A stretch of DNA of 63,677 bases, the filler included. It is 11 parts of 11 records of this genome, joined end to end, with 100 filler letters (N's around TTAATTAATTAA, not from the genome) between each part and the next. Parts side by side here need not be neighbours in the genome. Positions count along the whole stretch, not along the records: positions 41,443 to 55,969 come from SRR11831586_890; positions 56,070 to 60,917 come from SRR11831586_891; 9 more parts are not named here. One strand, 5' to 3'. Position numbers and translations under genes: made by a program. The notes under the pieces are model-generated. The model was given only the letters and a program-made list of their open reading frames with translations, searched no databases and was not told where the DNA came from. Of the stretch, positions 42,156 to 56,634 are shown in pieces (the stretch's first letter is position 1; the number at the start of each line of letters is the position of its first letter).

Positions 42156-42255
42156 TGCCGGATACGGCGTGAACGCGTTATCCGGCTAACAAAATCGTGA
42201 AAACTCAATAAATTGCAGAAACCCCATAAGCCTGATAAACATTGTGCATCAGGCA
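42156..42255. repeat. BIME: two inverted REP units with spacer
   Basis: TGCCGGATACGGCGTGAACGCGTTATCCGGC...CTCAATAAATTGC...GCCTGATAAACATTGTGCATCAGGCA. Confidence 0.82.
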
Positions 42256-42267
42256 AACTTCACGCAT

Positions 42268-42828
42268 TTACACTCGCCCCTGCCCTTTCAACCATTCGCG
42301 CACGAGGAACAGCGCACTGACATTGCGCGCTTCATTGAAGTCAGGGTCTTCCAGCAAATCCATCATATGCGCCAGCGGCCAGCGCACCTGTGGTAGCGGC
42401 TCTGGCTCATCGCCTTCCAGTGATTCCGGGTAGAGATCTTGCGCTACCACGATATTCATTTTGCTGGAAAAGTAAGACGGTGCCATGCTGAGCTTCTTCA
42501 AAAAAGTCAGATCGTTCGCTCCAAATCCAACCTCTTCTTTTAGCTCGCGGTTAGCGGCTTCGTAGACGCTTTCACCCGGATCAATTAATCCTTTCGAAAA
42601 ACCTAATTCGTAGGATTCAGTTCCCACTGCGTATTCGCGGATCAGGATCAGGTGATCGTCCACAATCGGCACAATCATCACTGCTTCCCGGTTGGTTGGA
42701 CGCATTCGTTCATAAACACGCCGCACGCCATTGCTGAACTCCAGATCCACGCTCTCGACGGTAAACAGTCGGGAACGGGCTACAGTTTCAACATTCAGAA
42801 TGGTGGGTTTTTGTAATGATTTGCTCAT
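42268..42828 (-). CDS. nudE: ADP-compounds Nudix hydrolase
   Basis: 186 aa; GLIDPGE...ANRELKEEVG Nudix box. Confidence 0.97.
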   Translation of the reverse strand: MSKSLQKPTILNVETVARSRLFTVESVDLEFSNGVRRVYERMRPTNREAVMIVPIVDDHLILIREYAVGTESYELGFSKGLIDPGESVYEAANRELKEEVGFGANDLTFLKKLSMAPSYFSSKMNIVVAQDLYPESLEGDEPEPLPQVRWPLAHMMDLLEDPDFNEARNVSALFLVREWLKGQGRV

Positions 42829-43147
42829 CGTGGGATCTATGCTGTGAAATCAGCGGTTATTGTGCGATATCGGACACGCTTTCGGCAATGTGAATTGCAT
42901 GTTATTTACATTTATGTAACTTAATAAATAATCGTCCTCAAATCAAATTAAAAGTCAATAGGTTGAAATAACTCCAGGAATTTGCTGATATTCCGCCTTC
43001 AGAGGGTTTGCTATGATCAGCGGTTACTGTGATGTGCTTAATGATGCTCAAGTTAAACTCCACGCTTGCCGATAGCCAACCGCAGAATCATGTATTGTGT
43101 CCGGTGCGACTGACCACGCCTGACAGACTAAGTAAGATGGGGAAAGC

Positions 43148-45283
43148 ATGAGCACCATTGTGATTTTTTTAGCTGCTTTGCTGGCCTGCTCACTACTTGC
43201 GGGATGGCTGATAAAAGTGCGATCCAGACGGCGTCAGCTGCCCTGGACCAACGCCTTCGCGGATGCGCAAACGCGTAAACTCACACCTGAAGAACGTAGC
43301 GCCGTTGAAAATTATCTTGAGAGCCTGACGCAGGTATTACAGGTGCCTGGCCCAACGGGAGCCAGCGCGGCACCGATCTCTCTGGCGCTGAATGCCGAAA
43401 GCAACAACGTCATGATGCTGACACACGCTATCACGCGTTACGGCATCTCTACCGACGATCCGAATAAATGGCGTTACTACCTCGATTCGGTAGAAGTCCA
43501 CCTGCCCCCTTTCTGGGAACAGTACATCAACGATGAGAATACCGTTGAACTGATTCATACCGATTCGCTGCCGCTGGTTATTTCACTCAACGGTCATACG
43601 CTGCAGGAGTACATGCAGGAAACTCGCAGCTATGCCTTGCAACCTGTTCCGTCAACGCAGGCGTCGATTCGCGGGGAAGAGAGTGAGCAAATCGAGCTAC
43701 TCAATATTCGCAAAGAAACGCATGAAGAATATGCGCTGAGTCGTCCGCGCGGGCTGCGTGAAGCGTTGCTGATCGTCGCCTCCTTCCTGATGTTCTTTTT
43801 CTGCCTGATTACCCCGGATGTATTTGTTCCGTGGCTGGCAGGCGGCGCGTTACTGCTGCTGGGCGCAGGTCTGTGGGGGCTATTCGCGCCCCCGGCAAAA
43901 TCCTCCCTGCGGGAAATTCATTGTCTGCGCGGTACACCCCGTCGTTGGGGATTGTTTGGCGAAAACGATCAGGAACAGATCAACAATATTTCACTCGGTA
44001 TTATCGACCTGGTCTATCCCGCACACTGGCAGCCATACATTGCTCAGGATCTCGGTCAACAAACCGATATCGATATCTATCTCGACCGCCATGTAGTGCG
44101 TCAGGGACGATATCTTTCGCTGCATGATGAAGTAAAAAACTTTCCGTTACAGCACTGGCTGCGCAGTACGATTATCGCTGCGGGCTCGCTGCTGGTGCTG
44201 TTTATGCTGTTATTCTGGATCCCGCTGGATATGCCGCTGAAATTCACTCTCTCATGGATGAAAGGCGCGCAGACCATTGAAGCCACCAGCGTAAAACAAC
44301 TGGCTGACGCTGGCGTGCGGGTAGGCGATACATTGCGTATTAGCGGTACGGGAATGTGTAATATTCGAACTTCCGGAACCTGGAGCGCGAAAACCAATTC
44401 ACCTTTTTTACCGTTTGACTGCTCGCAGATCATCTGGAACGACGCCCGCTCATTGCCATTACCAGAATCTGAACTGGTCAACAAAGCGACGGCATTGACT
44501 GAAGCAGTTAATCGCCAGCTGCACCCTAAACCGGAAGATGAATCTCGCGTCAGTGCCTCATTACGTTCAGCAATTCAAAAATCCGGCATGGTATTGCTTG
44601 ATGATTTTGGCGACATTGTACTGAAGACAGCGGATTTATGTTCTGCCAAAGATGACTGTGTGCGACTGAAAAATGCGCTGGTCAATCTCGGCAACAGTAA
44701 AGACTGGGACGCGCTGGTAAAACGCGCCAACGCCGGGAAGCTCGATGGCGTGAATGTGTTATTACGCCCGGTGAGTGCGGAATCGCTGGATAACCTGGTG
44801 GCAACCTCCACCGCGCCGTTTATCACGCATGAAACGGCGCGAGCGGCACAATCACTAAACAGTCCGGCCCCCGGCGGATTCCTGATTGTCAGCGACGAAG
44901 GCAGCGATTTTGTTGATCAGCCCTGGCCTTCGGCATCACTTTACGACTACCCGCCGCAAGAACAGTGGAACGCTTTCCAGAAACTGGCACAAATGCTGAT
45001 GCATACGCCGTTTAACGCCGAGGGTATCGTCACAAAAATCTTCACTGACGCCAATGGTACGCAGCATATTGGCCTTCATCCGATCCCGGATCGTTCCGGC
45101 CTGTGGCGCTATCTCAGCACCACATTGCTGCTACTGACGATGCTGGGTAGCGCCATTTACAATGGCGTACAGGCCTGGCGTCGTTACCAGCGTCATCGCA
45201 CTCGCATGATGGAGATTCAGGCCTATTATGAAAGCTGCCTGAACCCGCAACTGATCACCCCTTCAGAAAGCCTTATCGAATAA
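43148..45283 (+). CDS. igaA: inner-membrane Rcs regulator IgaA
   Basis: 711-aa multi-TM ORF in nudE-yrfG synteny; also called yrfF. Confidence 0.94.
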   Translation: MSTIVIFLAALLACSLLAGWLIKVRSRRRQLPWTNAFADAQTRKLTPEERSAVENYLESLTQVLQVPGPTGASAAPISLALNAESNNVMMLTHAITRYGISTDDPNKWRYYLDSVEVHLPPFWEQYINDENTVELIHTDSLPLVISLNGHTLQEYMQETRSYALQPVPSTQASIRGEESEQIELLNIRKETHEEYALSRPRGLREALLIVASFLMFFFCLITPDVFVPWLAGGALLLLGAGLWGLFAPPAKSSLREIHCLRGTPRRWGLFGENDQEQINNISLGIIDLVYPAHWQPYIAQDLGQQTDIDIYLDRHVVRQGRYLSLHDEVKNFPLQHWLRSTIIAAGSLLVLFMLLFWIPLDMPLKFTLSWMKGAQTIEATSVKQLADAGVRVGDTLRISGTGMCNIRTSGTWSAKTNSPFLPFDCSQIIWNDARSLPLPESELVNKATALTEAVNRQLHPKPEDESRVSASLRSAIQKSGMVLLDDFGDIVLKTADLCSAKDDCVRLKNALVNLGNSKDWDALVKRANAGKLDGVNVLLRPVSAESLDNLVATSTAPFITHETARAAQSLNSPAPGGFLIVSDEGSDFVDQPWPSASLYDYPPQEQWNAFQKLAQMLMHTPFNAEGIVTKIFTDANGTQHIGLHPIPDRSGLWRYLSTTLLLLTMLGSAIYNGVQAWRRYQRHRTRMMEIQAYYESCLNPQLITPSESLIE

Positions 45284-45347
45284 CACGTTTGCGCGGCAGG
45301 TTATGCTACCCTGTCGCGCAAATTGCTTCACTCTGGAGATTTCCCTC

Positions 45348-46016
45348 ATGCATATCAACATTGCCTGGCAGGACGTAGATACCGTTCTGCTGGATATGGA
45401 CGGCACGTTGCTCGACCTCGCCTTCGATAACTATTTCTGGCAAAAGCTGGTGCCTGAAACATGGGGCGCGAAAAACGGGGTTACGCCACAGGAAGCGATG
45501 GAATATATGCGCCAGCAATATCACGACGTACAGCATACGCTAAACTGGTACTGTCTTGATTACTGGAGTGAGCAACTGGGTCTGGATATCTGTGCGATGA
45601 CCACCGAGATGGGACCGCGTGCCGTACTGCGTGAAGATACCATTCCGTTTCTTGAGGCACTGAAAGCCAGCGGTAAGCAGCGAATTTTGCTCACCAATGC
45701 GCATCCGCACAACCTGGCGGTAAAACTTGAGCATACCGGTCTGGACGCACACCTTGATTTATTACTTTCCACCCACACATTTGGTTATCCGAAAGAGGAT
45801 CAGCGGTTATGGCATGCGGTGGCCGAAGCTACGGGTCTGAAAGCTGAAAGAACGCTGTTTATTGATGACAGCGAAGCGATTCTCGATGCTGCCGCGCAAT
45901 TTGGTATTCGTTACTGCCTCGGCGTGACTAATCCTGATTCCGGGATTGCCGAGAAACAGTATCAACGCCATCCGTCACTGAATGACTACCGCCGCCTGAT
46001 CCCCTCGCTAATGTGA
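45348..46016 (+). CDS. yrfG: HAD-family GMP/IMP nucleotidase
   Basis: 222 aa; DMDGTL and FIDD HAD motifs. Confidence 0.95.
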   Translation: MHINIAWQDVDTVLLDMDGTLLDLAFDNYFWQKLVPETWGAKNGVTPQEAMEYMRQQYHDVQHTLNWYCLDYWSEQLGLDICAMTTEMGPRAVLREDTIPFLEALKASGKQRILLTNAHPHNLAVKLEHTGLDAHLDLLLSTHTFGYPKEDQRLWHAVAEATGLKAERTLFIDDSEAILDAAAQFGIRYCLGVTNPDSGIAEKQYQRHPSLNDYRRLIPSLM

Positions 46017-46026
46017 AGGAGACGCC

Positions 46027-46428
46027 ATGAAAGAGAAACCTGCTGTTGAGGTTCGACTGGATAAATGGCTATGGGCTGCCCGTTTTTATAAAACCCGCGC
46101 GCTGGCCCGTGAAATGATTGAAGGCGGTAAGGTGCATTACAACGGGCAGCGCAGCAAGCCGAGCAAAATCGTCGAGCTGAATGCCACGCTCACTCTGCGC
46201 CAGGGAAATGACGAACGCACGGTGATTGTAAAGGCGATTACTGAACAGCGTCGCCCCGCCAGCGAGGCAGCCTTGCTGTATGAAGAGACTGCGGAAAGTG
46301 TAGAGAAACGCGAAAAAATGGCGCTGGCACGTAAACTTAATGCCTTAACCATGCCGCACCCGGACCGACGCCCGGACAAAAAAGAGCGCCGCGACCTGTT
46401 ACGATTTAAACACGGCGACAGTGAATAA
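46027..46428 (+). CDS. hslR: heat shock protein Hsp15 (S4 domain)
   Basis: RLDKWLWAARFYKTR motif. Confidence 0.97.
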   Translation: MKEKPAVEVRLDKWLWAARFYKTRALAREMIEGGKVHYNGQRSKPSKIVELNATLTLRQGNDERTVIVKAITEQRRPASEAALLYEETAESVEKREKMALARKLNALTMPHPDRRPDKKERRDLLRFKHGDSE

Positions 46429-46452
46429 CTGTCACCTGCAAGAGAGATGATT

Positions 46453-47331
46453 ATGCCGCAACATGACCAATTACATCGCTATCTGTTTGAAAACTTTGCC
46501 GTGCGCGGCGAACTGGTAACCGTTTCGGAAACCCTGCAACAGATCCTTGAGAACCACGATTATCCGCAGCCCGTTAAAAACGTGCTGGCAGAACTGCTGG
46601 TTGCGACCAGCCTGTTAACCGCTACGCTGAAGTTTGATGGTGATATCACCGTACAGCTGCAGGGCGACGGTCCGATGAATCTGGCGGTTATTAACGGTAA
46701 CAATAACCAGCAGATGCGCGGTGTGGCGCGCGTGCAGGGCGAAATTCCAGAAAATGCCGACCTGAAAACGCTGGTCGGCAATGGTTACGTGGTGATCACC
46801 ATTACCCCGAGCGAAGGCGAACGCTATCAGGGCGTAGTTGGTCTGGAAGGTGATACCCTGGCGGCCTGCCTGGAAGATTACTTTATGCGTTCTGAACAGC
46901 TGCCGACGCGCCTGTTTATTCGCACCGGCGACGTAGACGGCAAACCGGCTGCAGGCGGTATGTTGTTGCAGGTAATGCCTGCGCAAAATGCCCAGCAGGA
47001 CGACTTTGACCACCTGGCGACGCTAACCGAAACCATCAAAACCGAAGAACTGCTGACCTTACCGGCAAACGAAGTGTTGTGGCGTTTGTATCACGAAGAA
47101 GAGGTGACGGTTTACGATCCGCAGGATGTGGAGTTCAAATGCACCTGCTCGCGTGAACGTTGCGCCGATGCGCTGAAAACGCTGCCTGATGAAGAAGTTG
47201 ATAGCATCCTGGCGGAAGATGGCGAAATTGACATGCATTGTGATTACTGCGGTAACCACTATCTGTTCAATGCGATGGATATTGCTGAAATCCGCAACAA
47301 CGCGTCTCCGGCAGATCCGCAAGTTCATTAA
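46453..47331 (+). CDS. hslO: redox-regulated chaperone Hsp33
   Basis: CTCS...CDYC zinc motif. Confidence 0.97.
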   Translation: MPQHDQLHRYLFENFAVRGELVTVSETLQQILENHDYPQPVKNVLAELLVATSLLTATLKFDGDITVQLQGDGPMNLAVINGNNNQQMRGVARVQGEIPENADLKTLVGNGYVVITITPSEGERYQGVVGLEGDTLAACLEDYFMRSEQLPTRLFIRTGDVDGKPAAGGMLLQVMPAQNAQQDDFDHLATLTETIKTEELLTLPANEVLWRLYHEEEVTVYDPQDVEFKCTCSRERCADALKTLPDEEVDSILAEDGEIDMHCDYCGNHYLFNAMDIAEIRNNASPADPQVH

Positions 47332-47393
47332 TGAGTATGTCCGGCAGAGAGGGCTCTGCCGGATTTTACGACTAATACACCTGATGCGCTTTG

Positions 47394-49118
47394 TCACTCA
47401 TTCAGATTCACATTCAGCCTTTCACCATCCACTACAAGATCGCGCCACGCTTTAGGCTTCGTCCCCAGTTTTCCATCCTTCGCAGCTGTGAGTAATTTTT
47501 CTTTCGTTATTTCGTTCGGAAGTAAACTCATATCAAGCGCGTCCCATTCTTTTCTGTCTGAGTCAAAGCCATAGACAATGACTCTGTCATCATTAAAAGC
47601 AAACAGGATCCGCTCCGCCTGACCATCACTATTCAGATCTTGCTCGACCAGGACGCAGGCGTCTTTTTCAATACAGGTCATCACGTTATAGCGATCCTGG
47701 ATTAAGGCCGACCAGAATGTCGCATCAGGTTTAACAGAACCAGGGGCAATTAACACATTATCGGCTAATACTTTTTCCGATACCTGTTGCTGAAGATGTT
47801 GCTCTCCATCTAACGCCATCAGCAGATCCCGCGCGCGTTTCGGGTCTTTCATAAACCCGGCATCGCTTTTCAGCGACTCAAGCGCAGCACGTCCATAGCG
47901 ACCGCTCTGCTCGAGCATGTAGATAGTTACCTGGTCTGACGTGTTTTTGCCGCTCTGATAACGCGCCATATGGCTGTTCACGCTAATGCGCATACTGTCC
48001 AGCACCGGCGAATTAAGAAGCACCAGTATCACCAACACCAATAACGAAACCGCAAGGTTCACTTTGCCCTGAAGAACAACGGGATTTTGCCCTTTACGCC
48101 AGACGATGCTGACAAAATACCCCAGCGACCACACCAGTAACACCAGCACCGCCAGCACGCCCTGCAAGCGGTCGACAGTCCAGCCGTACTGAGCGACCCG
48201 CAGCCATAACGCCCAGGCGGCGACGAACACATACAGCGGAGCAACCAGCAAAGCGGTTTTAATCAGGCAACGCAACGGCCCTGTCCAGGGAAGTGACGCT
48301 TTTTGCGGATCGCGGACAATAGCCATTAAGATCAATTGCAAAAAGGCCAGCGTCAACAGCAACCCGGCGGCGGAGATGTGGCGAGAAATCGCGCTCAGGC
48401 CCGTAAACGGCAGGGTGATGATAAACATCAGGGTTAGCAATGATACTAACGGCAGCAACCCCGTGGCGATTAACGTGAACAACTTTTGAATAGAGTCGAT
48501 TAAACGTGACTGTGTTCGCGCGAGGATCACCGCCAGCGCGGTAACCAGACCTAACGTGAGATAAATAAACCAGTCGGTTGCAAAAAAGAGCGTATTGAAA
48601 AACGTGATGCCAACAAGTTTAAACAACTCACTCCACAGTAAAAGCACCAGCCACGTCAAGCCATTGGCGAGAAAAATCACCAGTAATATAAGTACGTTAT
48701 GCCATACTGACTGGTAAAAATAGCGATAGCGGCTACTGTCATTGCGGATGCGAAGGCTTTGTTGTATCCACGGTAGCAACAACATTGCCATCAACAGCAG
48801 ATAGCAACCAAAATCCCAAAGCGCCTTTTCAGCTCTCCAGGGGTTCATGCCATCAGTTTGCCACTTCAGCCAGCCGCTCATCCCCAGCGTGGCAATAAAC
48901 ACTAGCGCCAGCCATCCCCAAAGGCGCTTCTGTTTAAAAGAGATCACGGAGAAGAGTAAAACGGATGAAAACGCGACGGTCGCAGGCACGCCATAAACAA
49001 TCCAACTGTGATTTTTTCCGGAAAGCCAGGCGATCAGCAGGTAGCAAACCAGACCCTGAAGTAATCCGGTAGCAATCATCCCCCAGCGTGTTGCGGGTGA
49101 AAGTTCAACGTTATCCAT
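47394..49118 (-). CDS. yhgE: DUF4153 membrane protein
   Basis: 574-aa multi-[16 protein letters not shown] motif; synteny. Confidence 0.9.
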
Positions 49119-49496
49119 GTTGGTTATCCAGAATCAAAAGGTGGGTTAATTATCGCATCCGGGCAGTAGTATTTTGCTTTTTTCAGAAAATAATCAAAAA
49201 AAGTTAGCGTGGTGAATCGATACTTTACCGGTTGAATTTGCATCAATTTCATTCAGGAATGCGATTCCACTCACAATATTCCCGCCATATAAACCAAGAT
49301 TTAACCTTTTGAGAACATTTTCCACACCTAAAATGCTATTTCTGCGATAATAGCAACCGTTTCGTGACAGGAATCACGGAGTTTTTTGTCAAATATGAAT
49401 TTCTCCAGATACGTAAATCTATGAGCCTTGTCGCGGTTAACACCCCCAAAAAGACTTTACTATTCAGGCAATACATATTGGCTAAGGAGCAGTGAA

Positions 49497-51119
49497 ATGC
49501 GCGTTAACAATGGTTTGACCCCGCAAGAACTCGAGGCTTATGGTATCAGTGACGTACATGATATCGTTTACAACCCAAGCTACGACCTGCTGTATCAGGA
49601 AGAGCTCGATCCGAGCCTGACAGGTTATGAGCGCGGGGTGTTAACTAATCTGGGTGCCGTTGCCGTCGATACCGGGATCTTCACCGGTCGTTCACCAAAA
49701 GATAAGTATATCGTCCGTGACGATACCACTCGCGATACTTTCTGGTGGGCAGACAAAGGCAAAGGTAAGAACGACAACAAACCTCTCTCTCCGGAAACCT
49801 GGCAGCATCTGAAAGGCCTGGTGACCAGGCAGCTTTCCGGCAAACGTCTGTTCGTTGTCGACGCTTTCTGTGGTGCGAACCCGGATACTCGTCTTTCCGT
49901 CCGTTTCATCACCGAAGTGGCCTGGCAGGCGCATTTTGTCAAAAACATGTTTATTCGCCCGAGCGATGAAGAACTGGCAGGTTTCAAACCAGACTTTATC
50001 GTTATGAACGGCGCGAAGTGCACTAACCCGCAGTGGAAAGAACAGGGTCTCAACTCCGAAAACTTCGTGGCGTTTAACCTGACCGAGCGCATGCAGCTGA
50101 TTGGCGGCACCTGGTACGGCGGCGAAATGAAGAAAGGGATGTTCTCGATGATGAACTACCTGCTGCCGCTGAAAGGTATCGCTTCTATGCACTGCTCCGC
50201 CAACGTTGGTGAGAAAGGCGATGTTGCGGTGTTCTTCGGCCTTTCCGGCACCGGTAAAACCACCCTTTCCACCGACCCGAAACGTCGCCTGATTGGCGAT
50301 GACGAACACGGCTGGGACGATGACGGCGTGTTTAACTTCGAAGGCGGCTGCTACGCAAAAACTATCAAGCTGTCGAAAGAAGCGGAACCTGAAATCTACA
50401 ACGCTATCCGTCGTGATGCGTTGCTGGAAAACGTCACCGTGCGTGAAGATGGCACTATCGACTTTGATGATGGTTCAAAAACCGAGAACACCCGCGTTTC
50501 TTATCCGATCTATCACATCGATAACATTGTTAAGCCGGTTTCCAAAGCGGGCCACGCGACTAAGGTTATCTTCCTGACTGCTGATGCTTTCGGCGTGTTG
50601 CCGCCGGTTTCTCGCCTGACTGCCGATCAAACCCAGTATCACTTCCTCTCTGGCTTCACCGCCAAACTGGCCGGTACTGAGCGTGGCATCACCGAACCGA
50701 CGCCAACCTTCTCCGCTTGCTTCGGCGCGGCATTCCTGTCGCTGCACCCGACTCAGTACGCAGAAGTGCTGGTGAAACGTATGCAGGCGGCGGGCGCGCA
50801 GGCTTATCTGGTTAACACTGGCTGGAACGGCACTGGCAAACGTATCTCGATTAAAGATACCCGCGCCATTATCGACGCCATCCTCAACGGTTCGCTGGAT
50901 AATGCAGAAACCTTCACTCTGCCGATGTTTAACCTGGCGATCCCAACCGAACTGCCGGGCGTAGACACGAAGATTCTCGATCCGCGTAACACCTACGCTT
51001 CTCCGGAACAGTGGCAGGAAAAAGCCGAAACCCTGGCGAAACTGTTTATCGACAACTTCGATAAATACACCGACACCCCTGCGGGTGCCGCGCTGGTAGC
51101 GGCTGGTCCGAAACTGTAA
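49497..51119 (+). CDS. pck: phosphoenolpyruvate carboxykinase (ATP)
   Basis: 540 aa; GLSGTGKTT and LIGDDEHGW signatures. Confidence 0.98.
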   Translation: MRVNNGLTPQELEAYGISDVHDIVYNPSYDLLYQEELDPSLTGYERGVLTNLGAVAVDTGIFTGRSPKDKYIVRDDTTRDTFWWADKGKGKNDNKPLSPETWQHLKGLVTRQLSGKRLFVVDAFCGANPDTRLSVRFITEVAWQAHFVKNMFIRPSDEELAGFKPDFIVMNGAKCTNPQWKEQGLNSENFVAFNLTERMQLIGGTWYGGEMKKGMFSMMNYLLPLKGIASMHCSANVGEKGDVAVFFGLSGTGKTTLSTDPKRRLIGDDEHGWDDDGVFNFEGGCYAKTIKLSKEAEPEIYNAIRRDALLENVTVREDGTIDFDDGSKTENTRVSYPIYHIDNIVKPVSKAGHATKVIFLTADAFGVLPPVSRLTADQTQYHFLSGFTAKLAGTERGITEPTPTFSACFGAAFLSLHPTQYAEVLVKRMQAAGAQAYLVNTGWNGTGKRISIKDTRAIIDAILNGSLDNAETFTLPMFNLAIPTELPGVDTKILDPRNTYASPEQWQEKAETLAKLFIDNFDKYTDTPAGAALVAAGPKL

Positions 51120-51164
51120 TGATTTGAAGCTGGAGAATATCTATCCAGTATCTTATAGAAAGCA

Positions 51165-51192
51165 AAACGGGAGGCACCTTCGCCTCCCGTTT
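51165..51192. terminator. intrinsic terminator between convergent pck and envZ
   Basis: AAACGGGAGGC-ACCTTC-GCCTCCCGTTT. Confidence 0.83.
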
Positions 51193-51194
51193 AT

Positions 51195-53263
<2,069 letters not shown>

Positions 53264-53490
53264 TGTTTGTACTCCCAAAGGTTCGCAACAATTTGTAAGC
53301 GTGTATTCTTAAAAAAGCTCACGTTCGTCACCAGCTAAATCTGGTATGAATTTCAGCCTAAATTGTTACAAAGCATATTAAACAGCAGCTTAAGTATACA
53401 ATTTATTCGGCGAAACATTATTGATTCTGTTGATATGATCACGTTATACCCAATGTGCGCATTATCAAACAGACAAAGGGAATCAACGAG

Positions 53491-53967
53491 ATGAAAACGC
53501 CCCTGGTTACCCGGGAAGGGTATGAAAAACTCAAACAAGAGCTTAATTATCTCTGGCGTGAAGAACGCCCGGAGGTCACAAAAAAGGTGACCTGGGCCGC
53601 AAGTCTGGGCGACCGCAGCGAAAATGCTGACTATCAGTATAATAAAAAGCGTCTGCGTGAAATCGACCGTCGCGTGCGCTATCTCACTAAATGCCTGGAA
53701 AATCTCAAAATCGTCGATTACTCCCCTCAGCAGGAAGGCAAAGTCTTTTTTGGCGCGTGGGTGGAGATTGAAAACGACGATGGCGTGACTCACCGTTTCC
53801 GTATTGTCGGCTACGATGAAATTTTTGGCCGTAAAGATTACATCTCTATCGATTCCCCGATGGCCCGCGCATTGCTGAAAAAAGAAGTCGGCGATCTGGC
53901 GGTGGTGAATACCCCTGCCGGGGAAGCGAGCTGGTATGTTAATGCTATCGAGTACGTGAAACCGTAA
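53491..53967 (+). CDS. greB: transcription elongation factor GreB
   Basis: 158 aa; GDRSENADY motif. Confidence 0.97.
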   Translation: MKTPLVTREGYEKLKQELNYLWREERPEVTKKVTWAASLGDRSENADYQYNKKRLREIDRRVRYLTKCLENLKIVDYSPQQEGKVFFGAWVEIENDDGVTHRFRIVGYDEIFGRKDYISIDSPMARALLKKEVGDLAVVNTPAGEASWYVNAIEYVKP

Positions 53968-54063
53968 GGAAGAGTCTTAACCTCCTGCCGATGGCTGGCA
54001 TTTTTGCCAGCCAGTCCGTATAACTATCCCCTGATTTTTGATCCGAAAAGATGAACTCAAACC

Positions 54064-55969
54064 ATGATGAATGATTCGTTCTGCCGCATTATTGCGGGTG
54101 AAATTCAGGCGCGCCCGGAACAGGTTGACGCTGCCGTTCGCCTGCTTGACGAAGGGAATACCGTGCCGTTTATCGCACGTTATCGTAAGGAAATCACCGG
54201 CGGTCTGGATGACACGCAGCTGCGTAATCTGGAAACGCGTCTGAGCTATCTGCGCGAGCTGGAAGAGAGACGTCAGGCGATCCTCAAGTCCATTTCCGAG
54301 CAAGGCAAACTCACCGATGATCTGGCGAAGGCCATCAACGCCACCCTAAGCAAAACCGAACTCGAAGACCTCTACCTGCCCTACAAACCTAAACGCCGCA
54401 CCCGCGGGCAAATCGCCATTGAAGCAGGGCTTGAGCCGTTGGCTGACCTGCTGTGGAGCGATCCGTCACACACGCCAGAAGTCGCCGCTGCACAATATGT
54501 TTATGCCGATAAAGGCGTGGCAGATACCAAAGCCGCGCTGGATGGCGCGCGCTATATCCTGATGGAACGGTTTGCCGAAGATGCCGCGCTGCTGGCGAAA
54601 GTGCGTGATTATCTGTGGAAGAACGCGCATTTGGTTTCTACGGTGGTGAGCGGTAAAGAAGAGGAAGGGGCGAAATTCCGCGACTATTTCGATCATCACG
54701 AACCGTTGTCCACGGTGCCTTCTCACCGCGCGCTGGCGATGTTCCGTGGGCGTAACGAAGGCGTACTTCAGCTTTCGCTGAATGCCGATCCACAGTTCGA
54801 TGAGCCGCCCAAAGAGAGCTATTGCGAGCAAATCATCATGGATCACCTTGGCCTGCGCCTGAACAATGCCCCGGCGGATAGCTGGCGCAAAGGCGTGGTG
54901 AGCTGGACGTGGCGCATCAAGGTGCTGATGCATCTGGAAACCGAACTGATGGGCACCGTGCGCGAACGTGCGGAAGATGAAGCAATCAACGTCTTTGCCC
55001 GTAACCTGCACGATCTGCTGATGGCGGCCCCTGCCGGACTGCGTGCAACGATGGGCCTCGATCCGGGTCTGCGTACTGGGGTAAAAGTGGCGGTGGTCGA
55101 TGCCACTGGCAAACTGGTGGCGACCGACACCATTTACCCGCACACCGGACAGGCCGCAAAAGCAGCGATGACCGTTGCTGCGCTGTGTGAAAAACATAAC
55201 GTTGAACTGGTAGCGATCGGTAACGGTACAGCTTCCCGCGAAACTGAGCGTTTCTATCTCGATGTGCAGAAGCAGTTCCCGAAAGTGACCGCGCAGAAAG
55301 TAATCGTCAGCGAAGCAGGCGCGTCGGTTTACTCGGCTTCCGAGCTGGCTGCACAGGAGTTCCCGGATCTCGACGTTTCGCTGCGTGGCGCGGTGTCTAT
55401 CGCCCGCCGTTTGCAGGATCCGCTGGCGGAGCTGGTGAAAATCGATCCGAAATCTATCGGCGTAGGTCAGTATCAGCATGACGTCAGCCAGACGCAACTG
55501 GCCCGCAAACTGGACGCAGTAGTAGAAGACTGCGTAAACGCCGTTGGCGTCGATCTCAACACTGCTTCTGTTCCGCTGTTAACCCGCGTGGCGGGCCTGA
55601 CGCGCATGATGGCGCAAAACATCGTTGCCTGGCGCGATGAGAACGGTCAGTTCCAGAACCGTCAGCAACTGTTAAAAGTGAGCCGTCTGGGGCCGAAAGC
55701 CTTCGAGCAGTGCGCGGGCTTCTTGCGCATTAACCACGGTGATAACCCGCTGGACGCGTCTACCGTTCACCCGGAAGCCTATCCGGTGGTGGAACGCATT
55801 CTGGCAGCAACACAGCAGGCACTGAAAGATCTGATGGGTAACAGCAGCGAACTGCGTAACCTGAAAGCGTCTGACTTTACTGATGAGAAATTCGGTGTGC
55901 CGACGGTAACCGACATCATCAAAGAGCTGGAAAAACCGGGTCGCGATCCGCGTCCGGAATTTAAAACCG
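54064..55969 (+). CDS. yhgF: Tex-family RNA-binding protein, 3'-truncated
   Basis: [19 protein letters not shown] and GVGQYQHD motifs. Confidence 0.95.
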
Positions 55970-56069
55970 NNNNNNNNNNNNNNNNNNNNNNNNNNNNNNN
56001 NNNNNNNNNNNNNTTAATTAATTAANNNNNNNNNNNNNNNNNNNNNNNNNNNNNNNNNNNNNNNNNNNN
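55970..56069. other. artificial contig linker
   Basis: 44N-TTAATTAATTAA-44N. Confidence 0.99.
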
Positions 56070-56138
56070 AAACAGAGTTTATCTTCGTAGGCTTAGACTT
56101 GCATCCACGGTTAAGTCAGAGTGCTGACAGGAGGGCAT

Positions 56139-56339
56139 GTGGAAAAATATTGTGAGTTAATACGCAAGCGGTACGCGGAAATCGCCAGCGGAGACTTAGG
56201 ATACGTTCCGGACGCGCTGGGCTGCGTTTTGAAAGTGCTGAATGAAATGGCTGCCGACGACGCCCTTTCTGAGGCTGTCAGGGAAAAAGCAGCATACGCT
56301 GCGGCAAACTTACTGGTGAGCGATTATGTCAATGAATGA
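56139..56339 (+). CDS. yaeP: UPF0253 small protein
   Basis: 66 aa from GTG after an AGGAGG RBS; overlaps rof. Confidence 0.88.
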
Positions 56340-56586
56340 TACGTATCAACCAATCAATTGTGATGATTACGATAATCTTGAGCTCGCCTGCCAGCATCAT
56401 TTAATGCTGACACTTGAGCTGAAAGATGGCGAAAAATTGCAGGCAAAAGCCAGTGATTTAGTCTCCCGCAAAAATGTGGAGTACCTGGTCGTCGAGGCCG
56501 CTGGCGAAACCCGCGAGCTGCGTCTGGATAAAATTACCAGCTTTAGCCACCCGGAAATCGGTACGGTGGTGGTAAGCGAATCCTGA
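56332..56586 (+). CDS. rof: Rho-binding antiterminator
   Basis: [16 protein letters not shown] and LRLDKI motifs. Confidence 0.94.
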
Positions 56587-56595
56587 TTGACTTTC

Positions 56596-56628
56596 GCCGG
56601 ATGCGACGTTTGATGCGTCTTATCCGGC
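56596..56628. repeat. REP element
   Basis: GCCGGATGCGACGTTTGATGCGTCTTATCCGGC. Confidence 0.85.
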
Positions 56629-56634
56629 TTTCAC

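Noticed and set aside
54466-55497. 343-aa ORF antisense to yhgF
   Set aside because: Shadow ORF of a conserved gene; no independent evidence
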